From positions 62,001 through 126,000 of the forward strand of contig NIVC01002432.1 of NCBI GenBank assembly GCA_002269645.1: 64,000 nucleotides of DNA, given 5' to 3'. The position numbers and the translations under genes were made by a program. The notes under the pieces are model-generated. The model worked only from the letters and a program-made list of their open reading frames with translations, did no database searches and had not been told where the DNA came from. Origin of the DNA: Macrostomum lignano (Eukaryota). Within the stretch, counting starts at the first letter, position 1; each line of letters opens with the position of its first letter. Of the stretch, positions 1 through 11,983 are shown in pieces.

Positions 1-288
1 AAGCTCTTCCCCAGCCAGCTTAAAGAATTAGAATCCCTAAAAATCACTTTAGAACAAAAAGAGTCCAACAGGTGATTTCTGGCCCGATTGGGAAACTACT
101 GCTTGTCGCCCTGGCGAGCGCTTAGCGCAGGAAAGTGTAGTATAAGAAATGTACTTTAGTAGCAGCTGGACTTGTGAAGCGAAAGGAGTGGAATGGAAGC
201 TATTTTACACAGTTAACTTGCACTTGCTTCATTTTGGTTGTTCCGCCACTCTTAGTTCTGGCCTCTCACTGGTCAGTGCCCTTCTCTC

Positions 289-715
289 CCTCTCCCTGTA
301 TGCCTCTCTCCCTGCCTGCCTCTCTCTCTGACTGCCTCTCTCCCTCTCCCTGTCTGCTTCTGTCCCTCTCCCTCTCTCCCTCTCTTCTTCTCCTCCTCTC
401 CTCCTCTCCCTTTCCCTTTCCCTCTCTCCCTCTCCCTCTCATCCTTTCCCTCTCTTCTTTTCCCTCTCTCCCTCTCCCTCCCTCTCCCTCCGTCTCCCTC
501 TCTCCCTCTCTCCCTCTCTACATCTCTCCCTCTCCTCCTCTCCCTTTCTCCCTCTCCCTCTCTCGTTCTCCTCCTCTCCTCCTCTCCCTTTCCCTCTCTC
601 CCTCTCCCTCTCATCCTTTCCCTCTCTCCCTCTCCCTCCGTCTCCCTCTCTCCCTCTCTCCCTCTCTGCCTCTCTTCATCTCCCTCTCTCCATTTCCGTG
701 TCTTCCTCTCTCCCA
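289..715. repeat. CT-rich low-complexity microsatellite (CTCTCC-like)
   Basis: Near-pure pyrimidine tract of degenerate ctctcc/ctcc units. The overlapping Leu/Ser/Pro and Arg/Glu/Gly ORFs are artefacts. Confidence 0.95.
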
Positions 716-1852
716 TGTCACAACATTTCTACCTGTCTTCTATTATTGAAGATTTATCCCTTTTAAACCTCTGCATCTCGTCACATTCTTACACAATCTT
801 CATCTCCCACTTTCTGTCCATCACACTTCCTGTTGAGTTTCCCATGCTATCCCGCTTGATGAACATGGGGACAGGGCGCTTGCTTCTGCGACCGCAGGAA
901 ATATTTCCAGTGATCCCTGAGCCGGTTCAACATTAGAAAAGTGATCGGCAGCTGTCCTCGGGTGCAGGCTCAAACGACCCCTTCATCATCGACTCTTGTT
1001 CCCAACTGCTGCTTAATTAACAAAACGAGGTCAAGTCTCGATTCCGTGTCTCGAACACAAAAAGGAAAGTTACGCCGGGTCAAGCCAAATCGCTTTCTTT
1101 AGCAAGACAGACTCATTCAACTGTATTGAGGCTCAGGCCCCTGGGCAGGTTTGGCCTTTCGTACTGAAATTTTCAATCAAGGATCCATTAACTAAGTTGA
1201 GAAGAAAAGAAGACTGGCGAAAATTCGAGTGCAACGATTTTGAAGAAATAATTCAAGAAGCATCTCTCTGATTTCCTATCTTCCTGTTTATCATCCAACT
1301 GATCGAGCATGCAAACACGGAATTTTTGAGCATTCATCGGAGCGGAATTATGACGTGCTCAAAATATAATAGATGGGGAATTGACTGGAGAGCTATATAT
1401 AAACTGGCTCGATACCCAAGAGGGGTTTTGGACACCAGTGTACTTGAACGCATCGGCAACAACACGGGCGCTGCATACTAAATATTAAAAGCGACGGAGG
1501 GTCCAGTCGCGAGTATTGCTGGATTGGCTTTTTCATAAGCAGTAAAATTTGTGAATTAATAAATGCGCTAGACAAGGACTAACTCATCAAGGCGCTCGCC
1601 TGTAAACTACCTCAGAACCAAACACTGGGCAGCACTTGAGCACTAATGGTGCTTCAAAAAGCACTGTGCACTTTACTGTCGAGGCTTGAGAACCCTCATT
1701 GGGACTCTGCGATATTAAAACGAATAATGCATCTGCAATCCCGCACTGCAATAGGAAATCTTCTCATTACAAAATAGCTCATGTCAGCTTTGAATTATTT
1801 AATATGATTCTAGCCATATCGTTTCAACCAATAGAATAGAATAGACATAGAA

Positions 1853-2348
1853 CTAACCCTATCCCTAGCCCTAACCCTAGCCCTAGCTCTAGCCTAGCAC
1901 TAGCCCTAACCCTTACCACAGCCCAACCCTAACCCTAATCCTAGCCCTAGCCCTAGCCCTAGCCCTAACTCTAGCCTAACCCTAGCCTAACTCTAGCCCT
2001 GACCCTAGCCCTAACTCTAACCCTAACCCTCTAGCCTAACCCTAGCCTAACCCTAGCCCTGACCCTAGCCCTGACCCTAGCCTTAACCCTAGACCTAACT
2101 CTAGCCTAACCCTAGCCCTAACCCTAGCCCTAGCCTTAACTCTAGCCTAACCCTAGCCTAACTCTAGCCCTGACCCTAGCCCTAACTCTAACCCTAACCC
2201 TCTAGCCTAACCCTAGCCCTAACCCTAGACCTAACTCTAGCCTAACCCTAGCCCTAACTCTGGCCTAGCACTAGCCCTAACCCTAACCCCAGCCCAACCC
2301 TAGCCCTAATCCTAGCCCTCGTCCTATTCCTAACCCTAGCCCTAGCCC
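1853..2348. repeat. Interstitial telomere-like degenerate array (CCCTAA/CCCTAG/CCTAG variants)
   Basis: About 500 bp of mixed aaccct/agccct/agcct units, with unique sequence on both sides. Confidence 0.9.
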
Positions 2349-2382
2349 TCAATTCTGAATATTGTGAAACAAATGCAAAGTA

Positions 2383-2584
2383 CTATAAGTGGCGTCTTGA
2401 AGGTCCCGAAAGGGTGCCAGCATCGGCCAGTGGGTGTTCGAAGAAGCTCCAAAGCGGCGTTGACAATTGAGTAGTCGCCGATCTTGAAGGCGGCGCGGCA
2501 GCTATCCAGAGTACAGGTCTCGGCGTTGTACACCAGGTCTCGACTAAGCACCTGGAACAGCGCCGCCCTGGACTGCCCTTCACT
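2383..2584 (-). mobile_element. Probable RTE-type LINE fragment (RT C-terminal region)
   Basis: Reads ALFQVLSRDLVYNAETCTL, resembling the RTE motif LF..VV..VLLYNAETWTL and the better-preserved remnant at 17.6-18.2 kb. Confidence 0.45.
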
Positions 2585-3121
2585 GAGACTTTATTATTTG
2601 CTGTAAATTTGTGACTATAGTGGTTAAAACAAGAGTTTTGTTTTGATTCGATAGCGAGAGGTTCGATGCACTAGGAGTTGAGTGAAACTGAGAGCGAGCT
2701 AGGCTTCGCCAGTGCCTGTGAAATGACACATTTCTCTCCAAACCGCCCCCCCCCCAGTCCGTGCATGGTGCCTCAATTTGCATGAAATATTAGTCGGGCT
2801 GGCAACAAAAAGTCCACACGGGTGCTAACCTCGCCCCGAAGGGGGGGGGGGCGGAGCAGGAAGGAGATCTCGCTGATTTTTTTGGTTGGTTAGCGAGCCG
2901 TCTGCTGCTTTGCCCCGCGGTTGTCCTGAGATTGAATTCGCCGCGAAAGAGCAAATTAGCTGGCTATGGAGAGCCCGAGCTTGGCCAGCCCCACCCACCG
3001 CAACATGTTGATTCACTTCGGCCAGTGTGCGGTCTCTTTCAAAGCAGGGGTTCTCTGACGTTCACGGAATTCCATTAGCTCTCAAAAGATGTACTGATGG
3101 ACTTTTGGACAGGTAAACTCA

Positions 3122-3374
3122 TAGAATGGCACTGGCAGAATGGCACTGGTAGAATGGCACTGGTAGAATGGCACTGGTAGAATGGCACTGGTAGAATGGC
3201 ACTGGTAGAATGGCACTGGCAGAATGGCACTGGCAGAATGGCACTGGTAGAATGGCACTGGTAGAATGGCACTGGTAGAATGGCACTGGTAGAATGGCAC
3301 TGGTAGAATGGCACTGGTAGAATGGCACTGGTAGAATGGCACTGGTAGAATGGCACTGGTAGAATGGCACTGGT
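3122..3374. repeat. 14-bp minisatellite (TAGAATGGCACTGG), about 18 copies
   Basis: Direct tandem repetition with a few T/C variants. Confidence 0.97.
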
Positions 3375-4279
3375 CTGCGTCCTTTCCTGACCCCAATTTG
3401 CAGTAAAAGGAAATCAATCAAAGAGCAGGTAAATACAAGTATTTCAACACACGAATTCGGGGAGCGAGTTATGAAAATTGTCATAATTTTTCTCTTTATT
3501 TCTGAGCCCAGAGCTCCAACCAACTCCGGATAACAGGTGAAACAGTTCCAGGTCCCAAGTTTTTCAGTTTAGACAGGCAACCAGCTATAAAAGTAATTGG
3601 CGGAGAAAAATACGCAAAAAACAACAGAAAACACTCGACGTCAAAAAGGTGAAAAAATTATGCAAATCTTAGTCAATAAAGCTATTTTTATCTGGAACTC
3701 CTAGGCTCGATACTATTTGATAGAAGAAACAGTTTTTTGCAAACTAGACAACAGTAAAAGTTATATAATAGATTCGCTAACAAAAGTACATTATTAGGTC
3801 ACTCAACAACTGCAAAGTGTACAGGGACACAAAAATAGAATGAAGCGGAGTCTCAGGTTGGAAAAAAGAGTAGAAATTTCCACAGAAACGTTTAAAACAG
3901 TAAATGATGTACATTGAAACATTTAGCAAGCCAATGTAGTGATTAATTAGTTCAGTTGGTCGTCGCTTACGCAAAATGGGACAACGCTGGCGATCTTGCA
4001 GAGAGAAGTTAAAGCTTCATTGTGCTGCTACACCCGACCAGAGCAACGAGATCAGCCTGATGGACTGATCGTGTTTATCATCTGTGTTGCAGACCTTTGA
4101 TAACCTTGAATATGTTGAGACATTGAGATTTCTGCTTTCAAATAATGCGGAGCTGCTGCACTCTCCGTTCGACACGACACAACGACGATACCACACAGAA
4201 AACCTACCGACACGTTTAAACAAAATTTACTGCTCGCATCTCCTCCTGAAAAGTGCTCAAACAAAAAAGAGTTTCGACT

Positions 4280-5509
4280 TCAGTCGATGACTGTCTCGGT
4301 CACGCGCGTCTCCATCATGGCTGTGGTCTCGCCCAGGGCGCAGCTGCTGGCGCCGAAGGTGGCGCCGCCGCCTCCACCGCCGGGCAGCAGCGGCAGCGGC
4401 TCGTAGCTGTTGGTCGGCCGTCCCGAGCCGCCGCCGGCATCGGCATCAGCAATTTCGCCTCCGTCAGCGCCGTTTCCACCGCCGGTGCCTCCGCCGTCTC
4501 CGCATCCGCCCAGACAGCCGGCCGGCAGGTGCTGGGCCAAGATGGCGCGCATGGAGGCGCGGAACGGTTCGTTGAGAAAGGCGTACAGGATGGGATTTCC
4601 GGCGCTGTTGACGTAGGCAAGCAGGGTGGTGAGGTGGCTGGCCACGGGCACCCAGCTCGGCGTCATGTCTTCGAGCTCCAGAGCGATGTTGACGTAGATC
4701 CAGTGTGGCAAGCAGCAGGCCAGGTAGAATGTGACCACGGCCACAACCAGGATGGTGACCTTCTCGAAGCGCTGCTGCGCCTGGGGCCCGGCGCTGCGAG
4801 CTCGCTTCATCAGCCAGAGCTTGCGCAGGATCAGAAAGTAGAAGGTGCACAGCAGCAGCCCGGGCAGCACGCAGCCGGTGACGAAGATGTACCTGCTGAA
4901 ATAGTACGGATCGGTGAACAGCTTCTTCAACAGGCCCTCTGAATGATTGACGGAGCCAGGCGGCAGGTGCTGGCAGCTGCGGCTGATCCAAACTCGGTCC
5001 TCCAGAGTCCCATTGTTCTCATGGTCCGCTGTTGCGTTTTCACCCGACGCTGGGATGATCCAAGTCTGGACGTAGGCGTTGAGGTAGATGGGGCTGACGA
5101 TCAGAGCGCTCAGCAGCCACATGCAGACTACAAGGATGACGGCGAATTTCTTGGTGCGGTAGCGGGCCGAGCTGAAAGGCGATACGACGGCCTTGAATCT
5201 GTCGAAGCTCATCGCCATGATGATGTAGATGCTCACGTTGGAGTTGGCGAAGTGCATCAGGAAATACAACTTGCAGCCGATGGTGCCCCAAACCCAGGAT
5301 TTGATGATGGACAGATGGATGAAGGGCGGAATGGATAGAAGATGCAGAGAGTCGGCAATGGCCAGGTTGATCAGGTAAATATTCGTGACGGTGTGGGCCG
5401 CCTTCAGCGAGCAGATCACGACCAGTACCAGCAGGTTGCCGGCGAAGCCGAGGACAAACAGCGCGCCAAGCACGGTGTCGTACACCGCCAGAGCAGCTGG
5501 TAGCAGCAT
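4280..5509 (-). CDS. Class A (rhodopsin-like) GPCR, somatostatin/opioid/allatostatin-C receptor-like, single exon, 409 aa
   Basis: Seven hydrophobic segments. Motifs: GN (TM1), TNIYLINLAIAD (TM2), SFDRF (TM3), W (TM4), CCLP (TM6), NSAGNPILY (TM7). ATG in gccATG context, with an in-frame TGA 11 codons upstream and no AG in between. Confidence 0.93.
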   Translation of the reverse strand: MLLPAALAVYDTVLGALFVLGFAGNLLVLVVICSLKAAHTVTNIYLINLAIADSLHLLSIPPFIHLSIIKSWVWGTIGCKLYFLMHFANSNVSIYIIMAMSFDRFKAVVSPFSSARYRTKKFAVILVVCMWLLSALIVSPIYLNAYVQTWIIPASGENATADHENNGTLEDRVWISRSCQHLPPGSVNHSEGLLKKLFTDPYYFSRYIFVTGCVLPGLLLCTFYFLILRKLWLMKRARSAGPQAQQRFEKVTILVVAVVTFYLACCLPHWIYVNIALELEDMTPSWVPVASHLTTLLAYVNSAGNPILYAFLNEPFRASMRAILAQHLPAGCLGGCGDGGGTGGGNGADGGEIADADAGGGSGRPTNSYEPLPLLPGGGGGGATFGASSCALGETTAMMETRVTETVID

Positions 5510-6307
5510 GGCCCCGGATGCAGCCGGATTGAGAGAGTATCAGCCAGCACAGAGACCCGTCAGAATGCGCTTGGCCCCTACCTTGTGAGTCACGTGCGCG
5601 CACTTCAGCTTATAAGCGAGTTGTCCAAGTCTATAATTGGCCCAGACAGACCTTGGCCCAAGGGAAGCGAGGCTATTGGGGGGGGGGGGCAGGCTTGATC
5701 CGCTTACGAACCAACTGCAATCAGAGTGCCTTTTCAACTAGCAAACTCACAGGTAAATATTGCCTGTATCTGCAGAGGCAAATATATCGAGCGATGGCGT
5801 CTCATATGTCTCGCATCTATATTTATCTGCACCAGCTGCATCTCATTGCAATGCGGATGGCCTATTCTATTATCCATGGTATCGTGCTCAATCACGTGAC
5901 TGCTTGCGACCCCGTCTCGGCTGGCTCGGCCTCAACTATGTCGCTATATGCGTATATAATTGCAGCGATTATGAATGGCAGACTGCTGCTGTCTATTGTC
6001 TGTCTCACTTAATCGATTTTCCGTTAGCCTATTCTTAACCGCCTACAAAAATAACTGAACAGCAATTTAATCAACTATTGAACGATACTTTACTTTTGGC
6101 TTCTAATAAAAGGTGGAGAATTGCCGAAACCTTTAAAATTCCTTTCTGATTTCTTCAAGTCTGCTACTAATATTGAAGGCAGTTCTTCTTAATTACTTAT
6201 CAATTTAATAGGAAAAAATTGTTGAAAAAATGGTCCAGTAGTCATATATGCGTATTGATAAAAAATTGGTTCTCCAGTGTTGATCAAAATTCAATCATAG
6301 TTCGCAT

Positions 6308-9300
6308 TTAAGCGTCCATGTTGTGATAGTCAACGCCAAGCTGTCTGTGACCCTCGGCCAGAATGTCGTGAATGAGCTGGCACTCTGAGTGCGGCAGCAC
6401 TGGACTTTCGATCAGGCCTGCGCGGTTGAATGAGACTTTTATAATTTTTCATCATAACTCAGTTACTCGTACCATTTGTCTTTACTGTACATAAGTCAAA
6501 CTGTACATTTTACAAAAACTGAAACAGGCGAGAAGGAAAAGAGGGTAAGACAGGAGGGGAGATGGAGGAGAGGGTGAGACAGGAGGGGAGAGGGAGGAGA
6601 GGGTGAGACAGGAGGGGAGAGGGAGGAGAGGGTGAGACAGGAGGGGAGAAGTAAGGGAGGGTGAGATAGGAAGGGAGAAGTAAGAGAGGGTGAGATAGGA
6701 AGGGAGAGGGAAGAGAGGTTAAGACAGGAGGGGAGAGGGAGGAGAGGGTGAGACAGGAGGGGAGAGGGAGGAAAGGGTGAGACAGGAGGGCAGAGGGAGG
6801 AGAGGGTGAGACAGGAGGGAAGAGGGAGGAGAGGGTGAGACAGGAGGGGAGAGGGAGGAGAGGGTGAGACATCTAGGAGGGGAGAAGTAAGAGAGGGTGA
6901 GATAGGGAGAGGAAGGAGAGGGTAAGACAGGAGGGAGAGGGAGGAGAGCGTGAGACAGGAGGGCAGAGGGAGGAGAGGGTGAGACAGGCGGGGATAGGGA
7001 GGAGAGGGTAAGACAGGAGGGGAGATGGAGGAGAGGGTGAGACAGGAGGGGAGAGGGAGGAGAGGGTAAGACAGGAGGGGAGAAGGAGGAGAGGGTAAGA
7101 CAGGAAGGGAGAAGGAGGAGAGGGTGAGACAGGAGGGGAGAGGGAGGAGAAGATAAAGGGGAGGACGAGATGCAAGAGATAATTGAAAACCAATTATAAA
7201 ATATAAAATGCGAATTTCCATTTTGAAAAAAAGAGAATCAAACCAGACAAGCAGAAATCAGAGACAGGCCTTTGAGACGCTCAAATTGCTCTATACGTAA
7301 TGAAGGTGTTAATCCGGCACAGACAGAAACCTTACCTGTAATCCATCCGCGTGTCAGCTTAGGGTTGAGCAAAGACAAGTCAAAGGCTGCTGGACAAAGG
7401 CGCGGCTCAAAGGGAGGGGTGGGGCAAGGCCCGAGGGCTGAACTTGAGTCGCTTGGTTAACTGGAGTCCAGCTAGCTTTTTTAATAAGCCCCGGTGTGAG
7501 AGAATGACAAGGCTAATCAAGGAAAGCTAGCGCTTGTGCTACTAATTATCTATGCTGTATTGTTAATATTTTTCAACAACCAGCCCTGTCATTTGCATTC
7601 AATGGCTTTGCGAAGGAAAAGCATTTGGAAACAATTAACAGGAGAAACAGAGGAAATTGAAAATTTCATAAAGCCTTAATTTTAGCGTTAAAACCTCTAT
7701 ATGCTACTAGTCTCAGTAGACGAATTAGAAAACGGCTAAAAAATCTGCTGGTACACAGAAATTCAGCTGCATTGCAAACCTTTGTCCAGGCACTCCTTGA
7801 CGTGGTTGGCCTCGTACAGCAGGCCGCCGCTCTCGTCGAAGTTGAACTTCTCGCCTGGGCGAGCCGGCGGCGACGGCGTGTGGATCAGCTCCCCGTTCAG
7901 GGTCAGCTTGGTGGCGCACCAGAAAAGATCCCCCAGCTGCAAGGAGGGTGGGTGCAACAATACGCTCGTAACAACAACAATAAAATACGCATGTAAGATC
8001 TTAATTCTCTAAGTTGGACTTCGAATGGAATGAAGAATACGGGAATCTGTCTTCTGATATTTCCGGAACGGAAACTACTAACAGTAGTGTAAAAGAAAAT
8101 TGCATTACACGCAAAACTATGCCTTTACTACATATTTTATAAGCTTTAGCTGTCTTAGTGTTATCCTACTTAACCCTATGCAACATATGCTATACAATGC
8201 TACTTTAGAAAACTATAAAAATTAAATTAGGCTTGTATATGCAGCCTTGAGTCATGACTATGAAACTAGCCAAGCTTGCATCATCTAAAAAATGATCATT
8301 TTAAGTGCAGCGGATCCAGAGATATGAGTATGAAAAGTTTAGCTGCAATGCGAACAAGCGGGCCCTCAAATTTTGCGTCCTACGAGTATAATACAACGGA
8401 AATTTCAAGTGGTAATTTTGGAGCGCTGCGCACTCTCACTAAACTACTGTTAGAGTAGTATAGGCCACATTGACTGATTTCGATTTAAAGGTGTAAATAA
8501 TATGGATAATTCTCACGTTAGCGCTGCCCTTGTCGCCAAGCACAGTCGCCGTGGCGGACGGGCCGGCATCGGAGCTGTACGTCAGAGAGGCCAGGCGGTT
8601 GTTGGAATATCTGCGTGCGAATTCAAAATTAGATCATTTAATTAAATTGCTGATTAACTATAGTTTCGATGATTGTTTAACGAAGCCAGGTGAAAATGGG
8701 TCATTTTCGAAGCGCTGAAATTGCCTTAGAGCCATAAATTAAAGCAACCGAATGAAACTTGGCCTACTTTAGAATGATTCCGCCACTCCGGTCTACTCCA
8801 GTTTCATTAACGTGGCCGGCCACCGTCACGGACAGCGGCTTCTCCCCGCCGTACACCCAGCTGGCCAGGTGCACCAGGTACACGCCGAAGTCGCACAGGG
8901 CTCCGCCACCATGTCGTTTGTCGTTGAGGCGAGCAAAATTCGACAACGGCATGCAGAAGTTGGCCTGCACGAGTCGCACGGTGCCCAACTCGCCGTTCGT
9001 CACGGCCTGACGCAGACGCGAGTAGGCGGGAAAGAAGCGGCTCCACAGAGCCACCATGAGGAAGCGGCCGGTGGACTTGGCCAGCGCCAGCAGCTCGGCT
9101 GTCTGCTCTGGCAGCTGAGTCAGCGGCTTCTCGCACAGCACGTGCTTGCCGGACTGGAGGAAGTGGCGCGCATGCTGATAGTGCAAATTGGTCAGGCTGC
9201 CGACGTACACCACGTCTGCGGAATTCGGGCGACAGTAAAATGGATTGGTACTACGTGTGCTATAACATCGATTAAGCCCGTTTAAACATCATTTAGACCG

Positions 9301-10491
9301 TAGGTTTGATGCTATGTCAGCCTCTTCAACGCTTTCTCATTGCACTTTGTGATTCATTAATTAATCCAACCCGTCATGGCAACGCAGTTTGGTTTAAATT
9401 TTCTTTTGTTTGCAGCAACCGATTCTGATCATCTCTGTTTCGTTTTAAAGCTGAATTAATTCTCCACGACTCAATTGATTTCATACATGTAGCTCATGCA
9501 ATACAAGAGTTTTATTCTAAAAAAATTAAAAACAGATAAATTCATAACGTGTCCATTTCTGCAACGAGATTAAGCTACCGTCCTCCCACGTAAACAGGTA
9601 CGGGAAAGAAAGGTAAAGGTTTTGCATATCTCTGTCAAGTTTATAGCTCACGACGTTTGCAAACGTATTTTCTACGAAGACTTTAGCTGCAGATAAAGTG
9701 CTGAGACAGTATTGGAAAGGTCAAGCAGAGGCCGTGGTCAGTTGTTCAACAACAAATTACTGATAAGCTCCGATAGCAGTTGACTGTTTTGAGGCCCGCA
9801 GGCAGAACAAGAGCACAATTACGAGCAGCAGCTAGAAGCACCAGTCCTTAATTGAGTCGCCTCACCGATAAGAAGTTAACCAAAATTTGTTCATGAATTC
9901 CCTTTAAACAACCCAAGAGAATTTCTTCATAGATCTGCGTGCAAAATCTACATGTAGATCAGTGTTTAAGCAAGATATCTTTCCAAGCAATATGCAAATC
10001 AGGGGTTGGCAAACATTTTATCTTAAGAGCCAGATCGAGAACCCAGCGCATGACTGGCGGGCCAGAGGAGGGGAGAGAGAGAAGAGAGAAGGAAGAGAAA
10101 AGGCAGGGGAGAGAAGGGAGAGGAGATTAGAGAGAAAAGAGTTGAGAAGAGACAGAAACCTTGAGCGGGCCGGATTGCAATTGTGAAGTTTCAAAGGACC
10201 CGAGGGCCGGATAGAGAGGCTTAGCGGGTCGAAGTTTGCCGACCGCTGATGTAAGCGATGCAAAATATGACACAATATGAATGACGCACCGACTTCTTTG
10301 CAGGAGCCGAGAGCTTCGCACGAGTCCAGCACGATTTTGATGCCGAATCGGGCAGCGAATTCTTTCGCCTTATCCGGATTCCGAGCTCCAATGGCGACAA
10401 TGGTGTGATTCTCCGGACTCAGGCTCAGTGCGTTGGCAAAATCCTGCGAGATCATGCCATTGGCGCAGATGCCCCAGCGCAGAGGTGCCAT
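6308..10491 (-). CDS. DHDH: Dihydrodiol dehydrogenase / D-xylose 1-dehydrogenase (Gfo/Idh/MocA family), copy 1, 5 exons, 336 aa
   Basis: Exons 10290-10491, 8768-9215, 8517-8610, 7780-7936, 6308-6417. All introns GT-AG and phase-compatible (1011 nt). Motifs: LRWGI..G.IS.DF, HVLCEKP, GGALCDFGVY, FNFDESGGLLYEA.HV.ECL.KGL.ESP. Confidence 0.92.
6520..7152. repeat. AG-rich ~29-bp minisatellite in DHDH copy 1 intron 4
   Basis: Repeating gggtgagacaggaggggagagggaggaga with variants. Confidence 0.92.
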
Positions 10492-11734
10492 GCTGAATTG
10501 CGGTCGAAAAGAAATTAGAATGGATCCCACTTATATTAAAATTATTCACTACAAATAGTTTGACAGTTACATGTACACATCTAATAATTAAGTATGATTA
10601 AGCCGGTATGCTTTGAATAGTACAGTGCAATTCTATATCATACAAAATGCGTTAAATAAAACAGACGATACCTTTCTTAGCTATTTGACTGGTATGAAAG
10701 AAAAAGCTGGAAATTAACTCTTAAAGTAACTGTGAGTATTGACATACACACGCTTTGAATAAAAATTTAGATAGCTTTTGCTGAATGAAATTCAATTTCT
10801 ATCATTAATATAATACCACTTTTTTCATTTCACATGGCTTTAGTTTAAATTTTTAGTACATAGGATATAAACATCGATATTAAAGAGTGTAAGTACGCCA
10901 TAAGTTTAGGACAGAAAAAATCCTAGAAAGATGTGAATATATTTGTTATTAGTAAGCCAAAATACAAATCTTACCTTTGTGTCGAACGGTGTTATTAATT
11001 TAGTAAGTAGAAATTTCAAGTTATTTAACGAATTGTCCAATTGGCTTTATAAATTGGAAAATAAAAGTATTATGAAGCGGATGAAGACCAGGCAGCCCAC
11101 GATCATTTATATTAAAATTAAAATACAATTACGTTCACAAGACTATTTTTATCCATCCAGTGCACTATAAACAAATATTTATTAAGAAATTTTAATTTCA
11201 ATTTCGCTTATTTTATGCATAAAATAAAAAGATGACTTTTCCGTTTTGTTTTTCTCTTCCTCCGGGTTTTTGCATAGCGTCACTAAATAACTTCGACTAC
11301 TTGCCTTTCATGACTATTATACGCTCGTACGTCTTCCATTTTAATTCATGGCCACTGCTGTATTCCAAATAAACTGCTATATGTCTATTATACAGCTAAT
11401 ACCCTTTCATACTTTATTTATGACCAATTACATATTTTATTTGAGCAATCTTGGACCGTACAGAGTTACTTACTGGCGGCGGCAATGTAAGTACCATATC
11501 TTGCCATAATGCTTGTGCATTTTTTGCTATATAGCGAGTGCTTCGCAAAGAATTCTATACTAATTTACTGCATAACAGTATACCGAACTCCTCTTACCAA
11601 GTCACAATGAGGCTCAACAGAAGACATTGGAGAGCAATGATTTCGCATGACTTCAAAAGTGCTATTCGTGGACAGCTTCGAAGAGTCACATCACAAGCTC
11701 AAAAAATCACATCGTCGAAAAGTTTGCAACCACC

Positions 11735-11982
11735 TGTTGTGTATTGCAAAGGCATGCAATGCGTAGGGATAGTTCGGGGACAGGGTTTCTAGAAACTTCC
11801 ACCGCGGACTTGTTTACGCATAGTTCCAGAAGTTTCCTTTCCCGGTCTTTCTAGAACTTTCCTTCCCCGCGTGCATAAATATACGAGCCGCCCTCCTATT
11901 GGCCAAGCCTTCTTTTGGTGCCACTGAGCGCCCGGATAATTATCTATCTTGTTTCTGCGTTCGTTAATTCAACAACAGAACA
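11735..11982 (+). repeat. 5' LTR (248 bp)
   Basis: Starts tgttgtgtattgc and ends caacagaaca. By eye it differs from the 3' LTR only at ggtgcc vs gggcgcc. Confidence 0.97.
11786..11883 (+). promoter_or_regulatory. Three perfect heat-shock elements (TTCnnGAAnnTTC) plus TATA-like box in the 5' LTR
   Basis: ttcTAgaaACttc 11787-11799, ttcCAgaaGTttc 11824-11836, ttcTAgaaCTttc 11849-11861, then cataaatata 11874-11883. The same cluster is at 14208-14282 in the 3' LTR. Confidence 0.75.
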
Positions 11983-11983
11983 T

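Noticed and set aside
1853-2348. True chromosome end
   Set aside because: The array is highly degenerate and has unique sequence on both sides.
4253-5603. Several 100-230 aa ORFs overlapping the first GPCR
   Set aside because: Shadow frames of a GC-rich coding sequence. The same applies to antisense ORFs over DHDH, gag/pol, MSH4-like and FoxF exons.
5510-6307. DHDH1-GPCR operon (same strand, ~800 bp apart)
   Set aside because: An ATTAAA follows the DHDH1 stop and no trans-splice acceptor is evident directly before the GPCR ATG. Cannot be supported without transcript data.
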